Of a stretch of 64,000 nucleotides of DNA, positions 59,198 to 64,000 are shown piece after piece. A model generated the notes under the pieces. It was not told the origin of the DNA, did no database searches, and saw only the letters and a program-made list of their open reading frames with translations. Source of the DNA: Nitrospinota bacterium (GTDB lineage: Bacteria > UBA8248). The first letter of the stretch is position 1. Every line of letters starts with the position of its first letter. The stretch spans positions 192,001-256,000 of the forward strand of contig JAZAHK010000003.1 in assembly GCA_036231405.1 (NCBI GenBank). Direction: 5' to 3'. Made by a program: the position numbers and the translations under genes.

Positions 59198-60307
59198 TTA
59201 AACAAAATTGATGTGTTCCGGCTCGGGCAAACTTGAGGAAGGATCCAAAGTAAATTCACCTTTCTTATATCCATCTAAAAACTCGTTGACCTTGTGCTGC
59301 AAGCAAAGCGTTCCGCACATCTTTTGAGCATTAAATCTTGGAGATGCTAGATAATTCACTATTTCCCAATACTTATCACTTTGTATAATATCTTTGAATC
59401 TTTGGTCTACAATGTTACCCATATGAAATTTTTGATATCTATCATTAAAAAGCATACCACAAGGAGCTACAAGACCTGACCCCGAAAGCTGGAGCATAAA
59501 TGGAGGTCCATAGCATCTTTGATAACTTCTAATCCCGCTAGCCTCAATCTTTGACCATTTGACTACAACCTTGTAATCTTCATCAGATAGGTCTTCAGCT
59601 TCTTTCAGTTTTCCATATAGACTTTCGTATGCATCATAATCAACTCCAAGATCTCCATCTTCATTGTCGCTACAATGTTTAATAACTAGGTAATCTGGTC
59701 TTAGTTCTTTTCCTAATTTAGCTAAAGGAAGAATCTGATCCCCATATTCAGGCATCAAAACCATTTGAAGACCGATCGTGACTGGCAAATTATTTTCTTT
59801 TTTGATTTCAACCATATCTTTAATATTCTCACACACTCGATGAAACCATTCCTCTTTCGCACCCATGATCTGTGCATATCTTTTCGGTTCTCCAGCAGAA
59901 ATATTTACTCTGAAATAAGTTAGATGGGGAAGTATTTCCTCAGCTTTTCTTTTATTTATAACTAATCCATTTGTGCCAACTGCCATCGAAATACCAAGTT
60001 CACTTCCTCTTTTTACAGTATCCATAAAAACAGGCGAAATCGTACTTTCTCCATCTGAAACTAAACTTATTCCTTTTACTCCAATCTCTGCAGAATCTTC
60101 TAAAAAAGAATAAATAACATCTCTATCTATTCTTTTCCTTAAATTTTCTTGAAGCATGGCATAACAAAAATGACAAGCATAATTACAAGAACGAGTAAGA
60201 GCCATATCAATGGTTATTGGCGCGATACGTTCTCCATTTTCCCAAGCTTTGATTCGCTCTGCGTGCCACTCAATTTTCGTACCATCTAAAATGAGATCGG
60301 TAGTAAT
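59198..60307 (-). CDS. Radical SAM protein with SPASM/twitch-like C-terminus; probable ATT start at 60307
   Basis: CNYACHFC; C-terminal C..GxVxPC..GN..CxxxC; 34 extra open codons upstream of ATG 60205, preceded by AGGAGG. Confidence 0.85.
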   Translation of the reverse strand: MTTDLILDGTKIEWHAERIKAWENGERIAPITIDMALTRSCNYACHFCYAMLQENLRKRIDRDVIYSFLEDSAEIGVKGISLVSDGESTISPVFMDTVKRGSELGISMAVGTNGLVINKRKAEEILPHLTYFRVNISAGEPKRYAQIMGAKEEWFHRVCENIKDMVEIKKENNLPVTIGLQMVLMPEYGDQILPLAKLGKELRPDYLVIKHCSDNEDGDLGVDYDAYESLYGKLKEAEDLSDEDYKVVVKWSKIEASGIRSYQRCYGPPFMLQLSGSGLVAPCGMLFNDRYQKFHMGNIVDQRFKDIIQSDKYWEIVNYLASPRFNAQKMCGTLCLQHKVNEFLDGYKKGEFTLDPSSSLPEPEHINFV

Positions 60308-60334
60308 ATTGAACCTCCTAAATGTTTATAATTA

Positions 60335-61063
60335 TTAAATTCTTCTAATAGAATTCAAATCTTTGACCTCTTCAAGTTCTACATACAAACTTTCTTCTAA
60401 TTCCTTTTTTAGAACATTCTCGAAATTGATTAACAATTGAGCAAAATCCATATTATCAGACCTATTTAGTGAACGGATAATCAATTTCACATCTTTCTCA
60501 ATTTCAACTACTTCAAGTTGTTCATCACTTTGAGTCTCTAACAAAAATTTATCTAATAAACACTTTACCCTTTTCAGTCTATCGGCACTACTTAAACTTA
60601 ACCAACCTTCCGAAAATTGTCTATCGAAAAAATTAATCGTTGGTTTATAGTTTTTTTCTACACAATATTCTTTAAAAATTTCCCGAATTAACTTTAAAGG
60701 ATATCTGAAAATAGGATCCGCATTTTCAGGTGTGACAATTCCTGGAACAGGCACACAAACGGAACGATCTCTCAAGTTATCTTCTATGATGATGCAAGCG
60801 TGATCTGCTGCTTCTTGTATAGGCAACTCGATGATTTGTTTACAAAAAAGTTCCATTAATTTTCTTATATAAGAAGAACTTCCGTCCTTATGGAGGGCTT
60901 TTTTTACAATATGAGTCATTGGATCAATTAAAACAGAAAGAGTAACTCCATTCCAAGAAGAAGATAAAAGAACTAGATTCTTTTGTTCTTTGAGAAAACC
61001 TTCCATATTTAAGGACGCATTCATACTACCTAATGATTTCTCATATGCGGGATGAACATTCAT
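60335..61063 (-). CDS. Hypothetical protein, distant NifU/IscU-like architecture
   Basis: Pattern resemblance only: IscU-like beta-beta-helix N part and a NifU-C-like tail lacking CxxC. Confidence 0.45.
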   Translation of the reverse strand: MNVHPAYEKSLGSMNASLNMEGFLKEQKNLVLLSSSWNGVTLSVLIDPMTHIVKKALHKDGSSSYIRKLMELFCKQIIELPIQEAADHACIIIEDNLRDRSVCVPVPGIVTPENADPIFRYPLKLIREIFKEYCVEKNYKPTINFFDRQFSEGWLSLSSADRLKRVKCLLDKFLLETQSDEQLEVVEIEKDVKLIIRSLNRSDNMDFAQLLINFENVLKKELEESLYVELEEVKDLNSIRRI

Positions 61064-61383
61064 TGTAAGCTACCTGATATTTGAATCTCGATTCCATTAT
61101 CAAAGCTTATAGTTTTCAAATTAGCAAATGATGATAATGTTTTTTTAAGTGCCATCAAATCTATTTTCTGAACAATTTCTTTACTTAAAAATATCTTAAA
61201 TTCCTCTTTCCCAGAAATTTGTACTGATTCGATAAGGTTCAAAATACTTTTCTCATGGTCTTCGTCTGGAACCCACATATCAAGCATATCAAATGATTGC
61301 CTAAAACCTCTGAGTTTGTTGTCTATATTATTCACATAATCGGCTAATAAATCTTCGTAATTAAACTTAATTTCTTTATCCAT
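61060..61383 (-). CDS. Hypothetical protein
   Basis: 107 aa, 4-nt overlap with next gene, KLRGF...LDMWVPDED motif. Confidence 0.7.
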   Translation of the reverse strand: MDKEIKFNYEDLLADYVNNIDNKLRGFRQSFDMLDMWVPDEDHEKSILNLIESVQISGKEEFKIFLSKEIVQKIDLMALKKTLSSFANLKTISFDNGIEIQISGSLQ

Positions 61384-61389
61384 AAATAT

Positions 61390-62112
61390 TTAATCTTCCT
61401 GAATTGTATTTTTCTTATCAAACCGAAGTTCACAAAAAAGAGAAAAAATTGTTTTAATCACAGCAAACAGATTGTCTCTTGTAAACGATTTTGAATTTCC
61501 ATGTTCTCTTTTCCCGTTAAGAATCCCAATCTCGGTATAACTATACCCTCTATAAATCAACCGAATAAGTATAGAAGCCATATAAGCATGGCCCGTAGTT
61601 TCTATCGGAACCGAGCGGAGCAGTCTCGTACTAATGATTGTATGACCATTGAAATATTTTAATCTGCATCCAAATAAAATATTTAAAATGTATATAAAAA
61701 CTTTGGAAATAATTCTCCTGGATAGAGGCCTTACCAAAGGATTCGTGAAAAAAGAAATCACCATATCCTTTTTCCCAGTGTGTCCAAGTAACTTGGCCAA
61801 AGATTCCTTTGGCAACTCATTGTCACCAGGAACCATTACACAAAAATCACAATTAGATAATTCAACTCCCTTCCTAAAACTGTACCCCATTCCTGAACGA
61901 ACTTTATTATCAAACGACTTAACAAATTTATTTTGTATACTAAGATTTTTAGCCAGATTACCTGTATTATCTTCACTTGCATCGTTAAAAACTAATATCT
62001 CAAAATCTTTAATTTTTTTCTGTGACATAGCACTTATTATTGTTTGAACCGTTGAATCCAAACTCTTTTCTTCATTATAACAGGGAACGATAACTGAAAT
62101 TGAATAATCCAC
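61390..62112 (-). CDS. Glycosyltransferase family 2
   Basis: SVIVPCYNEE, NDASEDNT, PGD, GNSK. Confidence 0.9.
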   Translation of the reverse strand: MDYSISVIVPCYNEEKSLDSTVQTIISAMSQKKIKDFEILVFNDASEDNTGNLAKNLSIQNKFVKSFDNKVRSGMGYSFRKGVELSNCDFCVMVPGDNELPKESLAKLLGHTGKKDMVISFFTNPLVRPLSRRIISKVFIYILNILFGCRLKYFNGHTIISTRLLRSVPIETTGHAYMASILIRLIYRGYSYTEIGILNGKREHGNSKSFTRDNLFAVIKTIFSLFCELRFDKKNTIQED

Positions 62113-62122
62113 TTAGGAAATC

Positions 62123-63202
62123 TTAAAAAGGACCTTGAAAAATAGGTTTCTCTTCTTTTGAAAAGGATTTACGATTTTTATTCGAACCCGAAGAAACTTT
62201 ATCTGAGGTTTTATCGTAGTTCATTAATTCTTTTATTGAAAAAACTATTTCATCCTGTCCAAAATAAAAAATCTTTTCTAATGCAGGACTACAAGGAGTA
62301 GGGACATCTGCAAGAGCTAGCCTACTAACAGGAGCATATAATTCATTCCAAAGTGTTTCCGAAACCCTAGCCACTATCTCAGCATTAACGCCAAAGCTTA
62401 ATGAACCTTGGTCTAATACTAGAAGTCTACCTGTTTTTGCGACTGATTCTAAAACCATTTCTTGGTCCCAAGGCTGAATTGTCTGTAAATCAATGACTTC
62501 AACGTTTACTTTTTCTTCAGAAACAATTTTCGCGGCCTTCATAGCTTCACTTGCCATCAAAGAAAAAGCTACAATAGTGAGATCTGCCCCTTCTTTTAAT
62601 TTCATAGCTTTACCTAAAGGAATGTCAATAGGATTAATAGGAATTTCACCTTCGTGGCCATATAACCACCTATGTTCTAGAAAGATCACAGGACTTTCAT
62701 CAGAAATACTAGACATAAGTAGACCCTTAGCATTTGCTGGATTACTAGGCATAACTACTTTAAGGCCAGGAACTTGCGCAAACATTGAATGGAACGATTG
62801 TGAATGTTGTGCAGCCTGACCCCATCCCCTTCCTATGATCGCTCTAATTGTCATAGGACATGACGTCCTACCTCCAGACATATAACTCCACTTCGCAGCA
62901 TTATTGACAATTTGATCCATCGTGAGCATTAGAAAATCGTTTCTTGCATGAACAAGTACAGGCCGAGTCCCAGAAAGAGAAGAACCAACTGCAACACCTG
63001 TCATCGTATTTTCTGAAAGTGGGATATCGAAGACACGATCACTACCAAACTTTTTAAAGGCATCTAATGTCGTACCGAAAAGACCTTTAGGATCATCTAC
63101 ACCTGCTCCCATAATGAAAACATTAGGATCTATCTCCATAGCTTGGACTAGAGCTTCACTTATTGCTTCAGAAAAAAGAACATTTCTCACATCGTTTATC
63201 AT
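62123..63202 (-). CDS. ThDP-dependent dehydrogenase E1 beta-like subunit
   Basis: DIPLSE, QIVNNAAK, AQHSQS, PGLKVVMP, PVIFLEHR. Confidence 0.9.
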   Translation of the reverse strand: MINDVRNVLFSEAISEALVQAMEIDPNVFIMGAGVDDPKGLFGTTLDAFKKFGSDRVFDIPLSENTMTGVAVGSSLSGTRPVLVHARNDFLMLTMDQIVNNAAKWSYMSGGRTSCPMTIRAIIGRGWGQAAQHSQSFHSMFAQVPGLKVVMPSNPANAKGLLMSSISDESPVIFLEHRWLYGHEGEIPINPIDIPLGKAMKLKEGADLTIVAFSLMASEAMKAAKIVSEEKVNVEVIDLQTIQPWDQEMVLESVAKTGRLLVLDQGSLSFGVNAEIVARVSETLWNELYAPVSRLALADVPTPCSPALEKIFYFGQDEIVFSIKELMNYDKTSDKVSSGSNKNRKSFSKEEKPIFQGPF

Positions 63203-64000
63203 TTAATAAACACCTTCAAATAAATCAGTTTTCGAAGGAAATGGACTATTCTTAGCGAAATCGAAAGCAGCAGTAATATTTTCATCAGTTATATTTCTAA
63301 TTTCTTCCAATTTTTTTTCTTGAATATTTTGTTCTTTTATTAAATAACTTTCAAAACTTTTAATTGGACATTTCTCAATCCAAGAATCTAATTCATCTCT
63401 AGTACGATACCCAACGTCGATATCTTCATTAGGCCCCACATGATCTAGCCATCTATATGTCCTACATTCTATTAGAGTAGGACCATCACCATTTCTTGCT
63501 TTACTAATAGCCTCTCTTGAAGCATTCAGAACATCCATAATATCATTGCCATCTGTTCTGACACCAAACATATTAGAGAATTTTGCACGCTCAAAAATAT
63601 TGTCTAAAGGTTGTCTCTTTGGAAGAGAAGAATATGTGGCGTACAAGTTATTTTCACAAACAAAGATTACTGGTAAATTACGTAGAGATGCAAATTGCAA
63701 ACTTTCATAAAAAACTCCCTGTTCTGTCGCCCCGTCACCAAAAAAAGCAACTGCCACATTCTTCTTTTTTTTGAGTTGATATGTCATCGCAGAACCTAAT
63801 GCCAGTGGAATAGAACCTCCAACTATCGCAGAAGCACCCATCATTCCAACTTCAACATCAATGAGATGCATAGAACCACCCTTACCAGAAGCACATCCAT
63901 CTATTTTTCCATATAGTTCCGCTATCATCGAAGGCAAATTACCACCTTTTGCAAGATAATGGCCGTGGCACCTATGGGTACTATAAACATGATCTTCATG
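63203..64000 (-). CDS. ThDP-dependent dehydrogenase E1 alpha-like subunit (5' end outside window)
   Basis: Frame open to base 64000 (STHRCHGHYLAKGG), GKGGSMH, GDGA...ENN, TYRW..H. Confidence 0.9.
   Translation of the reverse strand, partial: HEDHVYSTHRCHGHYLAKGGNLPSMIAELYGKIDGCASGKGGSMHLIDVEVGMMGASAIVGGSIPLALGSAMTYQLKKKKNVAVAFFGDGATEQGVFYESLQFASLRNLPVIFVCENNLYATYSSLPKRQPLDNIFERAKFSNMFGVRTDGNDIMDVLNASREAISKARNGDGPTLIECRTYRWLDHVGPNEDIDVGYRTRDELDSWIEKCPIKSFESYLIKEQNIQEKKLEEIRNITDENITAAFDFAKNSPFPSKTDLFEGVY

Overview
AT-rich bacterial chromosome segment of about 60 genes. The lineage cannot be fixed from sequence alone. It looks like a compact heterotroph rich in catabolic enzymes: CoA transferases, ThDP enzymes, enolase-superfamily, LLM, SDR and hydrolases. 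Housekeeping genes include dacA, rpoN, metY, rph-rdgB, moaA/moeA, tatA and rpmG-rpmB, plus a Zur-boxed zinc ABC operon, five tRNAs (Lys, Arg x2, His, Sec) and the distal part of a surface-glycan sugar cluster. The main signal the ORF track misses is selenocysteine recoding. (1) An unannotated 96-aa signal-peptide-bearing MerP/HMA-fold gene (11024-11314, minus) has TGA at BOTH metal-binding Cys positions (GMT-U-PSS-U-P). (2) An AhpD/CMD-like CxxU gene (31371-32042) is split in two by the ORF caller and precedes a DehI-like and a TauE-like gene. (3) Both carry a similar GGA-loop hairpin 21-23 nt after the (last) UGA, and the window encodes tRNA-Sec. Also seen: an integrase-less islet at tRNA-Arg(TCG) with a decayed att repeat, a radical SAM/two-DegT/ThDP sugar module with a NifU-like accessory and a probable AUU start, an in-frame TAG in a decarboxylase-like gene, and two gene remnants. 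All family calls are by motif recognition; no searches were run.
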